Shown here in pieces: positions 21,301 through 30,692 of a DNA stretch of 64,000 bases. The notes beneath the pieces are model-generated. The model saw only the letters and a program-made list of their open reading frames with translations. It made no database searches and was not told the origin of the DNA. The first letter of the stretch is position 1. Each line of letters begins with the position of its first letter. Both the position numbers and the translations under genes were made by a program. Source of the stretch: an uncultured Phycisphaerales bacterium (GTDB taxonomy: Bacteria > Planctomycetota > Phycisphaerae > Phycisphaerales > SM1A02); NCBI GenBank assembly GCA_938084645.1, contig CALKEP010000010.1, forward strand, positions 21,851 to 85,850, in the 5' to 3' direction.

Positions 21301-21846
21301 GTCGAGGAGTCCGTCCACCGTCGCCTCGTCGACGGGATCCGCGGCTTCCGCCGCCGCGAGCTCCCCGCGGGCGTCGCGGGCGTCGTTCCACGCCGCCTGG
21401 AGCCGCGTGAACTCCGCTCGGCGGGCGTCGGTGCCGCCGAACCGTTCCACGGCATCCCCTGCCTCGAGGGACGCCTCCAGCTCGCTCGGCCGGATTCGGG
21501 AGACCGCGAGCAAGGCGTCGAGCGCATCTCGATAGGTCTGCTGCAATGCTCGGACGTCGTCGTTCGGCAGCGGCATGACGACCTCGATGCGGTCGCGGCC
21601 GACCGGCTGCATCGCGATGTCCAGGATGCCCTGCGGGTTCACACGCTGCTTCAGCACGTCGATCGTCTGTGCCAGCACCTCGTCCGGATCCGAGTCGTCC
21701 GCGACCTTGACGGCGTAGATGAGGCTCACGCCGCCCTGGAGATCCTTCCCGAGCCGGATCTTCGTCTTGGGCGGGTAGACCGCCCAGACGCAGACGCCAA
21801 CGATCAGGCCGATCAGGATGAGACTCTGGGGGATGTTGTTCTTCAT
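18346..21846 (-). CDS. secDF: Fused protein translocase subunit SecDF
   Basis: [60 protein letters not shown]. Confidence 0.97.
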   Translation of the reverse strand: [1166 protein letters not shown]

Positions 21847-21919
21847 TGGGGGATCGACGAACGTTGGTGTTGAGGCGGTTGGGCGTGGTTCAGAGGGCCG
21901 TCGGCGGCGTGCCGGGGGC

Positions 21920-22348
21920 TCATTCGGACTCGAGCACCTGCTGCACGGAATCGCGTGCGAAGGTCATTCTCGTGTTGCTGCTCTCGTCGACCTTGAGCAC
22001 GACGGTGTCGGCGTCGAGTTCGACCACCGAGCCGATCACGCCACCGATGGTGCGGATGCGGTCGTGCTTCTTGACACTGCTGAGAAGGGCCTCCCGCTTC
22101 TTCCGCTCCTTGCGCTGTCCGAAGACGCTGAAGAGGATCATCACGAGGATGAGCGGCAGGAACATGAAGAGCAGGAAGTCACCGCCGCCGGGCTCGGCCT
22201 GCGTGGCGACGGGATCTCCACCGGCGGCACCGTCGGCGGCCATGGTTCCGGTGCCCTGGCGTCCGAGTGGAGGCGTGGCTTGCCCGAGGAGGCCGGGCAT
22301 GGCGGGCGGGAAGGAGATCGTGAGGTCGGCTTGATGGGAGGAGGTCAT
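21920..22348 (-). CDS. yajC: Preprotein translocase subunit YajC
   Basis: Single TM, QRKERKKREALLSSVKKHDRIRTIGGVIGSV; located between tgt and secDF. Confidence 0.95.
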   Translation of the reverse strand: MTSSHQADLTISFPPAMPGLLGQATPPLGRQGTGTMAADGAAGGDPVATQAEPGGGDFLLFMFLPLILVMILFSVFGQRKERKKREALLSSVKKHDRIRTIGGVIGSVVELDADTVVLKVDESSNTRMTFARDSVQQVLESE

Positions 22349-23610
22349 GATGTCTTCGAGCCTTCGGCGTCGGGATTCGGCCCCGCACCGTCGGAGGACG
22401 ATGCGACCGACGACCCGTCAGCGGCCTTCCGAAGGCCGTCGGGGGCGTCGAGAACCGGCCAGCGGCCGGAGAGCGAAGACCAGGAATCATCCCGGATCGC
22501 GGCTCGGATGTCCAGCAGCAGCCTTTGGAAGTGGCGAAGGTTGTGCAGGCTGCACAGGATCGGGCCCACCATCTCACCGGCGAAGAAGCAGTGCCGGAGG
22601 TAGGCCCGGCTGAATCCTCCGCCGCACGCCGGACAGTCGCATTCGGGGTCGATGGGTCCTTGATCCTCTCGAAATCGGGCGTGACGAAGCCGGAGCGGCC
22701 CCTGGGTGGTGAAGACCGAGGCCATTCGCCCGTTGCGGGTCGGAAGGACGCAGTCGAACATGTCGACCCCGGCCGCCACGGCCATCGCGATATCCCGCTC
22801 GTAGCCGACGCCCATGAGATATCGGGGCCGGTCCTCGGGAAGCCGAGGGGCGGTGAATTCGACGATTTTCCGGATGAGTTCCGGTCCTTCCCCCACCGCC
22901 ACCCCACCGATGGCGTAGCCGGGCAGGTCGATGCCGCACACGCCGTCGATCGACGCCGCACGTCGATCGAGGTCCGTGCCGCCCTGCACGATGCCGAAGA
23001 GGGCCTGTTCGTCGGGACGACGGTGGGCCCGGACGCATCGTTCGAGCCATCGAATGGTGCGTTCGTTCGCGGTGCGAAGCCGGGCGTCCCAGTCCTTGGG
23101 CTCCGGGATTCTCGTCCGCGGGCTTCCCGACCCGTGTCGGGCGTGCGGCGAGGGCGGACAGTCGTCGAATGCCATGATGATGTCGGCACCGATCGCGTTC
23201 TGGACCGCCATCGAGGACTCCGGGCCGAGATGGACTCGGGCGCCGTCGACGAACGACTTGAAGGTCACGCCGTCCTCGTCGATCGCGTTGATGTCCGACA
23301 TCGAGAACGCCTGGTACCCGCCCGAGTCGGTGAGGATGGGGCCGTCCCACCGCATGAAGCGATGGCTTCCGCCGAACCGCTCCAGAAGTTCGGTGCCCGG
23401 ACGAAGCATCAGGTGGTAGGCGTTGTTCAGCAGGATCTCGGAACCGGTGTCCCGGACCTGCGACGGCAGGACGCCCTTCATCGCCGCCGCGGTGGCGACG
23501 GGCATGAAGGCCGGTGTGCTGAAGTCGCCGTGTGGGGTGCTGACGGTGCCGGTCCGCGCCGAGTTCGTGGAGCAGCGCGACTCGACCTTGAATCGGAGCG
23601 GGCCGCTCAA
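22345..23610 (-). CDS. tgt: tRNA-guanine transglycosylase
   Basis: TPAFMPVAT, ILTDSGGYQ, FGIVQGG, DMFDCVLPTRNGR, CDCPAC...H Zn site. Confidence 0.97.
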   Translation of the reverse strand: MSGPLRFKVESRCSTNSARTGTVSTPHGDFSTPAFMPVATAAAMKGVLPSQVRDTGSEILLNNAYHLMLRPGTELLERFGGSHRFMRWDGPILTDSGGYQAFSMSDINAIDEDGVTFKSFVDGARVHLGPESSMAVQNAIGADIIMAFDDCPPSPHARHGSGSPRTRIPEPKDWDARLRTANERTIRWLERCVRAHRRPDEQALFGIVQGGTDLDRRAASIDGVCGIDLPGYAIGGVAVGEGPELIRKIVEFTAPRLPEDRPRYLMGVGYERDIAMAVAAGVDMFDCVLPTRNGRMASVFTTQGPLRLRHARFREDQGPIDPECDCPACGGGFSRAYLRHCFFAGEMVGPILCSLHNLRHFQRLLLDIRAAIRDDSWSSLSGRWPVLDAPDGLRKAADGSSVASSSDGAGPNPDAEGSKTS

Positions 23611-24860
23611 CGCCGTGACGCCTCGCGAAGGGTCTTCTTCTCCTTCGACGTGAGGCTCTGCAGGCCGTTGGCATGGATCTTCGCGAGAATCCGATCGATC
23701 TCGCTGTCGGCCACCTTCGAGACGCCCGATCCGCGCACCTTGCCGGCCCGATAGGCCGCGCCGCTCCGACTGGTGGGGTCGTACCGCCCGAGGAAATCGA
23801 AGAAACCATGCAGGCTGTGCGGGTGACGGATGAACCAGAAACCCGCGACCGCACCCCCGATGTGAGCCGCTTCACCGCCGGCGTTGTCGCTGCCGAAGAT
23901 CACCGAGAAGAGCGCCAGCCCGACCAGCCCGTACGCCATCGTCGAGAGGCGCATCGGGATCACGAAGAACAGAAGGACCCGCGCGGTCGGCATCAGGAAC
24001 GCGGAGGCGATCACCACGCCGAACACGCCCGCGCTGGCACCGACGAGCGGAAGCCCGGGATCGTTGACCAGAAGCACGGGGAACTCACGGCCGGTCAGTT
24101 GGAGCGCCGTCCATCCCGCGAAGTTCAGGAGGAGGTAGGCGCCGGCTCCGGCCATTCCGCAGAGGAGATAGAACGCGAGGTATCGCTTCCTTCCCAGGTA
24201 CTGCTCGACCATGCTCCCGAAGAAGTAGAGCCCGATCATGTTGAACAACAGGTGGGTCAGATTCGCGTGGAGGAACTGGAAACTGATGAAACGCCAGAAC
24301 TCGAACCCTCGCAGCCCCCAGAATTCATCGAGTTGGAGCAGGGCCCGCGCCGTGGAGAAGTAGCCGTAGGTCCAGATCGGGCCCTTGATCGCCACCTCTT
24401 CGAAGAGCTGGAGCGTTCCCTTCCGGGTGGTTCCCGCCTCGTCCCGGATGGTGTAGGACCCGGTGGCGAGCCTCGGGCCGTTGTCGGTCTCCTCGAGGAT
24501 CGGGATCGAGTAGAAGCCCCGGGGATTCGAAGGCAGCCCCGGAATCGCCGTCGGTCGACCGCCGGGAGGCGCCGCCGTGAAGACGGGCCAGCGTCCCTCC
24601 TTGATCTGCGCGAGCGAGGGAAGTCGCAGGGCGGTGCGATCCACCGGATCGAGCACGGCGCCCTCCGGCAGACCCGGGGCCATCGAACGCAGCGGCGCGA
24701 TGGTCGGTGGCAGGAACTGGTCGAGGACGAACACCGCGATGCAGATCGTGATGATCCAGCGGTTGATCGACCACGTTCGAGGGCCTCCCCCGCCTCCGCC
24801 GGGCCGGAATCGCTCCGGCTGGCCACTCGATCTCGCGTAATCTCGGTCGTAGACGCCCAT
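23607..24860 (-). CDS. Rhomboid family intramembrane serine protease with DUF6576-like C-terminus
   Basis: WRFISFQFLHANLTHLLFNM, VGASAGVFG (catalytic Ser), AHIGG (catalytic His); tail EIDRILAKIHANGLQSLTSKEKKTL. Confidence 0.93.
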   Translation of the reverse strand: MGVYDRDYARSSGQPERFRPGGGGGGPRTWSINRWIITICIAVFVLDQFLPPTIAPLRSMAPGLPEGAVLDPVDRTALRLPSLAQIKEGRWPVFTAAPPGGRPTAIPGLPSNPRGFYSIPILEETDNGPRLATGSYTIRDEAGTTRKGTLQLFEEVAIKGPIWTYGYFSTARALLQLDEFWGLRGFEFWRFISFQFLHANLTHLLFNMIGLYFFGSMVEQYLGRKRYLAFYLLCGMAGAGAYLLLNFAGWTALQLTGREFPVLLVNDPGLPLVGASAGVFGVVIASAFLMPTARVLLFFVIPMRLSTMAYGLVGLALFSVIFGSDNAGGEAAHIGGAVAGFWFIRHPHSLHGFFDFLGRYDPTSRSGAAYRAGKVRGSGVSKVADSEIDRILAKIHANGLQSLTSKEKKTLREASRR

Positions 24861-24888
24861 GGAGGGGGGAGTCTAACCAAGGGACGGT

Positions 24889-25983
24889 TCAGCGGTCGGA
24901 ATCACCGGAATCCTCCGGCGCGGGCCGCTCCCGGCGACGCCGGGTCGCCGCATCGAGCACGGCTCGCTCCTGCTCGTCCAGTGACGCGAGTCCGCTCGTG
25001 TTGATCTTGGCGAGAATCCGATCCATCTCCGCCTCCGCCGCGTCGACGGCCGCGATCCGGCGCTCGTCGAGACGGCGGACGGACTCCGCATCGGCTTCGG
25101 CGGACTGCTGGTCCAGCAGGGCGTCGAGGCGAAGGTCCACGACCTCGGGTACGCCGCCACCGACCGCATCCGCGATCGCCTCCAGCCGTCGATGCTCGCG
25201 ATGCAGACAGGCCGCGGAGAGCAGGGCCACGAGCACGAGCACCGCATTGAGGGCGAGGATGCCGAGGACGCCCAGCGCCACGGTGGCGACCACCCCCACA
25301 CGATGGGTGTATCGCCGGGCACGGGCGTTTCCGACCCTCGGCAGCATCACCGCCTCGAGCATCGAGGCGCCCCGGAACGGCGGGGCCGGCAGCAGGTTGG
25401 CACCACTCACGAGGATGGCCGCGACGCCGAAGAGGTACAGGGACTCGAGCCACGCGGACGTCGCGATTTCAGGCGAATAGATGCCCGTGAACCCGAACGG
25501 ATCCGGCGAGGGCGCGACGTCCGTGCCGTAGACGAGCCCCGCCATCGCGGCCACGGCGAGCAGGAGCGTGAGAAGCGGGCCGGATGCGGAGATCAGGAGC
25601 GCCGACCGCCAGTCGTCCGGCATCACGAGCGTCTCCATGCCGCCGAGCGGCTGAAGCACGATCTCGGGCATGTCGCCACCCAGCCGCCGGGCCATGAGCA
25701 GGGTCACCCACTCATGAACGAAGACGCATCCGCACAAGGATGCGAGAAAGACCGCGGCCGGCAGCGGCCCCAGCAGAAAACTCGAATCCCCGGAGAACCA
25801 GCCGGCACGGAAGAGGATCGTCACCACCGTGCCCAGCAGCACCGCATGCGCCCGAACGATCGTGCCGCCGAGGCGAAGCACCGGGACCGACCACGACAGT
25901 GGATCGCCGAACCGAGGTCCGGAGGCGTGGCTCCGGAGCCCCCCGTTCCGCGCCTGGCCGCCATTCATCTTCATTCCGGCCAT
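24889..25983 (-). CDS. Site-2 protease (M50)-like membrane protein with degenerate active site and DUF6576-like tail
   Basis: HEWVT in place of HExxH; LQPLGG; ISASGP; NLLPAPPFRG in place of NLLPxxPLDG; SD GGAGG before ATG 25983. Confidence 0.85.
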   Translation of the reverse strand: MAGMKMNGGQARNGGLRSHASGPRFGDPLSWSVPVLRLGGTIVRAHAVLLGTVVTILFRAGWFSGDSSFLLGPLPAAVFLASLCGCVFVHEWVTLLMARRLGGDMPEIVLQPLGGMETLVMPDDWRSALLISASGPLLTLLLAVAAMAGLVYGTDVAPSPDPFGFTGIYSPEIATSAWLESLYLFGVAAILVSGANLLPAPPFRGASMLEAVMLPRVGNARARRYTHRVGVVATVALGVLGILALNAVLVLVALLSAACLHREHRRLEAIADAVGGGVPEVVDLRLDALLDQQSAEADAESVRRLDERRIAAVDAAEAEMDRILAKINTSGLASLDEQERAVLDAATRRRRERPAPEDSGDSDR

Positions 25984-26570
25984 GTACCACCTCCGGACTG
26001 GCGGGCTCGAAAGAGATGCCACGCGGTGATGCTCTTGCCGTCGTCCAGGCTTCCGTCGAGGATCGCGGCGTCGATCGAGGCCGGCGACATCGGAATCACC
26101 TCGATCTCCTCGCCCGGTTCGAGCCGACGCGGGACGGGCTCGAGTCCGGTCGCGACGAAGGCGTGCATTCGCTCGTCACAGAATCCCGGGCTCGTGTAAT
26201 AGGCCCCGATCGCGTCGATGCGTCCGGCCCGGCGGCCGACCTCCTCCTCGAGCTCCCGGCCCGCGGCGAGATCGGGGCATTCACCGGGTTCGAGTTTTCC
26301 GGCGCAGAACTCGAGGAGCATCCGACCCACCGGAAGCCGGCCGACCCGGATCATGAGGATGGTCCCGTCGGATTCGACCGGGATGACCGTGACCGCCCCC
26401 GGGTGTCGGACGACGTCCTTGCGAATCCATCGGCCGTCGACCTCGAATTCCCGGCGCTCGACCCGGATCACCGGGCCCTCGTGGGTGACCACCGGCTCGC
26501 TGCCGATGCCTGCGGGGATCCCTCGATCTCCGGCTCGAACGTCGTCATTCGATTCGTGACGCGTTTGCAT
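25971..26570 (-). CDS. NUDIX hydrolase (ADP-ribose pyrophosphatase-like)
   Basis: VVRHPGAV, AGKLEPGECPDLAAGRELEEEVG Nudix box, YTSPGFCDE, DGKSI. Confidence 0.92.
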   Translation of the reverse strand: MQTRHESNDDVRAGDRGIPAGIGSEPVVTHEGPVIRVERREFEVDGRWIRKDVVRHPGAVTVIPVESDGTILMIRVGRLPVGRMLLEFCAGKLEPGECPDLAAGRELEEEVGRRAGRIDAIGAYYTSPGFCDERMHAFVATGLEPVPRRLEPGEEIEVIPMSPASIDAAILDGSLDDGKSITAWHLFRARQSGGGTWPE

Positions 26571-26598
26571 CTGGCGCTCCTGTGGAGATGATACGTCC

Positions 26599-27423
26599 AT
26601 GCCTTCGATTTCCGAGGAATCAAAACCCCCGATCGTGTCCCTTCGGGGGATCAAGAAGAGCTTCGACGGGCGTCCGGTGCTTCAAGGGCTGGATCTCGAC
26701 GTCAAGACCGGGCGTTCGCTGGTGATCATGGGGCCGAGCGGATGCGGAAAGAGCGTGCTTCTCAAGCACATCGTCGGTTTGCTCCGGCCGGATTCGGGTG
26801 AAGTCCGTTTCCACGGTCAACGCATCGACGACACCAACGAACGCGGACTCCGACCCATCCGACGGCGAATCGGCTTCCTCTTCCAGGGGGCGGCCCTCTT
26901 CGATTCGATGACGGTTCGGGACAACGTCGCATTCCCGCTGCTCGAGACCGGGCAGGCGGGCCCGGATCTGGAGGCCCGGGTCCGCGAGACCCTTGATCGG
27001 GTCGGGCTCGCAGACACCCTCGACAAGATGCCTGCGGAACTCTCCGGCGGCATGCGGAAGCGCGTGGGTCTCGCGCGGGCGATCGTGCTCGAGCCGGAAA
27101 TGGTGCTGTACGACGAGCCGACCACCGGCCTCGATCCGATCCGGGCGAACGTCATCAACGATCTCATCGTCCGGCTTCAACGTGAATTGAACATCACCAG
27201 CGTCGTCGTGACGCACGATCTCGACTCCGCCTTCCAGGTCGCGGACCGGATGGTCCTTCTGCACGAGGGCCGGGTTCGCATGGAGGGCACGCCCGACGAG
27301 ATGCGGCACACCACGGATCGAGTGGCCCGGGCCTTCCTCGAGGGCCGTGAGATGGTCGATGACCTCCAGCCCGACGTGGCGGGCGTGCAGGGATCGCCGG
27401 AACGTGAGACACTGATCCCATGA
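26599..27423 (+). CDS. mlaF: Mla/Ttg2-type ABC transporter ATP-binding protein (MlaF-like)
   Basis: GPSGCGKS, FQGAALFDSMTV, LSGGMRKRVGLARA, YDEPTTGLDP; next to an MCE gene. Confidence 0.9.
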   Translation: MPSISEESKPPIVSLRGIKKSFDGRPVLQGLDLDVKTGRSLVIMGPSGCGKSVLLKHIVGLLRPDSGEVRFHGQRIDDTNERGLRPIRRRIGFLFQGAALFDSMTVRDNVAFPLLETGQAGPDLEARVRETLDRVGLADTLDKMPAELSGGMRKRVGLARAIVLEPEMVLYDEPTTGLDPIRANVINDLIVRLQRELNITSVVVTHDLDSAFQVADRMVLLHEGRVRMEGTPDEMRHTTDRVARAFLEGREMVDDLQPDVAGVQGSPERETLIP

Positions 27424-28424
27424 AGGACCGGTACAGAGACGCCATCATCGGCCTCGCGGCCATCGCGGGAGTCGCGGCATGCGTGACGATGCTGCTCGCG
27501 TTCGGCTCGCTTCGCGAGATGACCCGGAACTCCTACGAGGTCACGGTGCGGCTCAATCGGGCGGGCGGACTGCGGTACGGCAGCCAGGTGACGCTCGACG
27601 GCGTTCCGATCGGCGTCGTGGAGCGGGTGTCGCTCGAAATGGAGTACCAGCGTCCCGTGCGGCTCGAGTGCCGGCTCGACGAGTGGGTCCGCATTCCCGT
27701 GGACCATCTCGTGCGGGTCGAGACGGCGTTGATCGGCGGCGGAACGAGACTGGCCCTCATGTCCCTCGATCCCGTCGCGGACCGGGCGGTCTTCGATCCT
27801 TCCTCGGTACCACCCCTCACCGGCGAATTCCAATCGCTCGATGAAGCACTCGTCCAGGCCCTCGACTCCAAGATGCTCCCGGTGACCGAGAGCTTCCGCG
27901 AAGTGGGCACCCTCGCCGGCATCTACGGCGATCTCGGTCAGCGGATCAACGAGATGATGGCGGCGGATGCGGAGGACGAAGCCGGTCTCGCCGCATCGGT
28001 GGTCCGCATCAACCGAACCCTCGCGGAAGCCGAACGCGCGTTCCAGGCCGCGGGTGACTGGCTGGCGGACGAGCAGCTTCAGGAGGACGCACGCCAGGCC
28101 GTCTTCAAGGCGAATCTCTTCATCGAGCGGGCCTCGGAAGCCGCGGTCGCCGCTGGTTCGCTGGCGACGGATCTCGGCAAGGAGGCGCCGGCCCTGCTCG
28201 CGCGGCTCGGGACGACGGCCGACGCCGTCGACCGGACGCTGTCCGATGTCCGCGGGGTGCTGCGGCAGATGGGCGAGGGCGAAGGCACGATCGGACGATT
28301 GCTTCAGGACCCCGCCCTCTACGAGGACCTCGACGACGCGGCACGACGGCTCGACGTCACGCTCGCGACCCTGCAAAGCCTCATCGACGCGGTGAAGGCG
28401 GAAGGGGTCAAGATCGAGTTCTAG
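27420..28424 (+). CDS. MCE/MlaD family protein with long helical C-terminus
   Basis: N-terminal TM, AGGLRYGSQVTLDGVPIGVV, GEGTIGRLLQDPALY. Confidence 0.9.
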   Translation: MKDRYRDAIIGLAAIAGVAACVTMLLAFGSLREMTRNSYEVTVRLNRAGGLRYGSQVTLDGVPIGVVERVSLEMEYQRPVRLECRLDEWVRIPVDHLVRVETALIGGGTRLALMSLDPVADRAVFDPSSVPPLTGEFQSLDEALVQALDSKMLPVTESFREVGTLAGIYGDLGQRINEMMAADAEDEAGLAASVVRINRTLAEAERAFQAAGDWLADEQLQEDARQAVFKANLFIERASEAAVAAGSLATDLGKEAPALLARLGTTADAVDRTLSDVRGVLRQMGEGEGTIGRLLQDPALYEDLDDAARRLDVTLATLQSLIDAVKAEGVKIEF

Positions 28425-28569
28425 CGGTCTCGGCGAACCGCCCGGAGAGGACGTGCATCTCCCCCGTCCGCCATCATTCACGCTGCCCCCGACTCGGCCC
28501 TGCATCGAGTCCCCCGAGCGTGCCTCGTCACCGCACCGAGGAGCAGCCGACGAGGATGCGACCGAAACG

Positions 28570-28603
28570 GAACGGGACCCCGGCATCCGCCGGGGTCCCG
28601 TTC
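28570..28603. terminator. Hairpin between convergent genes
   Basis: GAACGGGACCCCGGC-ATCC-GCCGGGGTCCCGTTC, perfect 15-bp stem. Confidence 0.7.
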
Positions 28604-28642
28604 TCCATTCGTGCTTCGGTACGAAGCCGGTCGCCCGATCGA

Positions 28643-29269
28643 TCACTCGTCGGTGATGACGGAGACCTCCACGCGTCGACTCTTCGACTTCGAAGCGAGG
28701 GGGACGTCCGGACCGAAGGTCGCGTAACTGATCGAATCGTCGTTGAAGCCCTGGCCGTCGAGGAATCGACCGACGGCGTAGGCCCGCTCGAAGCCGAGGT
28801 GGTAGTTCGACTTGAAGCCAGACTTCTTGATCGGATCCGTGTCGGTGAAGCCGGTGATCCGGATCTTCGCGTTCGGGAAGGAACGCCGGACCTCGGTGGC
28901 GATGTTCTTCAACGTCGACTGCGCGGCCGTCTTCAGGGTCGTGCGCCCCGAGTCGAAGAGAACGTCGCCGTCGATGCGAACGATCATCTCGCCGCCCGAC
29001 TGGAAGACCTCCACGCCGGGGCCGAATGCGTTCGCGACCGGCTGGGCGGCGTTCTCGTCGGCCTGCGACTTCGCCTCGCCGAGCTCGTACTCGAGCTGCC
29101 GTGCGCGGGCTTCCGCGTCATCGAGATTCTGCTGCGTGCTCGCGAGGTTGTCGCGAAGCTCCCGGTTCTCGTCGAGCAGCGCCTGCTGGTTGGTCTTGTT
29201 CCCTGTGTCGCAGCCGGCCATCGAGGTCGCGGCGGCGAGCACACCGATGAGGAGAAGTCGTCCGTTCAT
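28643..29269 (-). CDS. OmpA/MotB family peptidoglycan-binding lipoprotein
   Basis: MAGC lipobox, coiled coil, VLFDSG...ITGFTDTDPI...NYHLGFERA...RRVEV. Confidence 0.9.
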   Translation of the reverse strand: MNGRLLLIGVLAAATSMAGCDTGNKTNQQALLDENRELRDNLASTQQNLDDAEARARQLEYELGEAKSQADENAAQPVANAFGPGVEVFQSGGEMIVRIDGDVLFDSGRTTLKTAAQSTLKNIATEVRRSFPNAKIRITGFTDTDPIKKSGFKSNYHLGFERAYAVGRFLDGQGFNDDSISYATFGPDVPLASKSKSRRVEVSVITDE

Positions 29270-29420
29270 AGTCGTTGAATCCTTCCGTAATCATCTTCTT
29301 CGGCAAACCTGGCCGAAGCGTCTTCCTTGACTCGGGGCGGGCGAACGCAGCCCCATTGGAATCACAATCCGAGCGAATCCGGGTCTTTTCGAATTCCTGC
29401 CGGAGTGTATCGCGGGCGGA

Positions 29421-30641
29421 TCAGTTCGGGGGCTGCAGGAGCATCCGCTGCAGTTCATCCACAAAGGGTCTCGCGACCATCACCAGCACCGTCGCCGCCG
29501 CAAGATGCGGCCCGTACGGGAGTTCCCGGGTCGAGCGGCCCCGGAGTGTCGCCACCAGGCGGGTGACGGCGATCCAGGCCAGGGCGATGAAGGGCGCGAG
29601 GAAGAAGATGCGAATCGGATCGATCCAGCCCAGGGCCGCCCCGATCCCCGCGAGAAGATGCACGTCGCCCATGCCCATCGCCTCCCGCCCGAAGGCGAGG
29701 GTTCCGAGGATCCTGATCGCCCAGACCAGGCCCCCGCCGATGAACCAGCCGAAGGCGGAGGCGCCGAGGACCTCGAGCAGTTCCGGCGGGGAACCCTCGG
29801 GCTGGAGGAGGATGTGGATCCCCCACCCGGCGAGCCCCCCGAGCAGGATGGGGAGCAGGAAGAGGATTTCGATCCCCATCTCCCGACGTCCATGCGGATA
29901 CTCCGCCAGGACATCGCCCTCCGGAACGTAGTCCTCGTAGTCGGCGAAGCTGCGTCGGATCCGACCGGTTCGAAGGAGGACGCAGGCGATCAGCGTCCCC
30001 GCGGCCGCTCCGAGCGTGATCCAGACGACCGGCCAGGTCGCGAGCGGGATCGGAAACGATGCCATCGCCGGCGAGGGCGAGGGAAGCATCGCCTGGAGCG
30101 CCCAGCCGGCGAACGCGGCGAGCATCAACGTCGTGGTGATCCCCGCGGGAATCAGAAACGTCCGGGCGTCGACGACGGTCGCGGCCACCAGCGCACTCAG
30201 CAGGGCGACCATCACGCCGTACGCGGGCCAGGCGGATCCGAAGCCGGCCAGGGTCCACCAGTCACCGCCGATGTCGGCCACCCACGATCCTCGGAGCGGC
30301 CAGAAGAGCACCAGGTAGACCGTGGCGAAGAGCCCCCCCATCAACAGTTCGACGAGCGGGTACTGGACGCTGATCCGTCCCCGGCAGCGACGACAACGGC
30401 CCCGAAGCAGGAGCCAGCCGATGATCGGAAGGTTCTCTCGCCAGGTGAGTCGCCAGCCGCAGCGCGGGCATCGGCTGGGCGGACTGACCACGCTCCGGCC
30501 CGCGGGCAGGCGATACACCACGACGTTGAGAAAACTCCCGACCGACGCCCCGAACGCGAAGAGGAACAACGCGGTCGCGATCCGCGGTGACCAGATCACG
30601 AGCCAGTCGGGCAGCGTGCCCACGAGGGCGAGGAGGGTCAT
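29421..30641 (-). CDS. pilD: Prepilin peptidase (A24 family, PilD-like)
   Basis: GSFLNVVVYRLP, SRCPRC...ENLPIIGWLLLRGRCRRC, MGMGDVHL, LPYGPHL. Confidence 0.93.
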   Translation of the reverse strand: MTLLALVGTLPDWLVIWSPRIATALFLFAFGASVGSFLNVVVYRLPAGRSVVSPPSRCPRCGWRLTWRENLPIIGWLLLRGRCRRCRGRISVQYPLVELLMGGLFATVYLVLFWPLRGSWVADIGGDWWTLAGFGSAWPAYGVMVALLSALVAATVVDARTFLIPAGITTTLMLAAFAGWALQAMLPSPSPAMASFPIPLATWPVVWITLGAAAGTLIACVLLRTGRIRRSFADYEDYVPEGDVLAEYPHGRREMGIEILFLLPILLGGLAGWGIHILLQPEGSPPELLEVLGASAFGWFIGGGLVWAIRILGTLAFGREAMGMGDVHLLAGIGAALGWIDPIRIFFLAPFIALAWIAVTRLVATLRGRSTRELPYGPHLAAATVLVMVARPFVDELQRMLLQPPN

Positions 30642-30692
30642 TGAAAAGGCCTTTCCGCGAGTCGACGGTTTTCGTCGCGTCGCCTCATCGAC

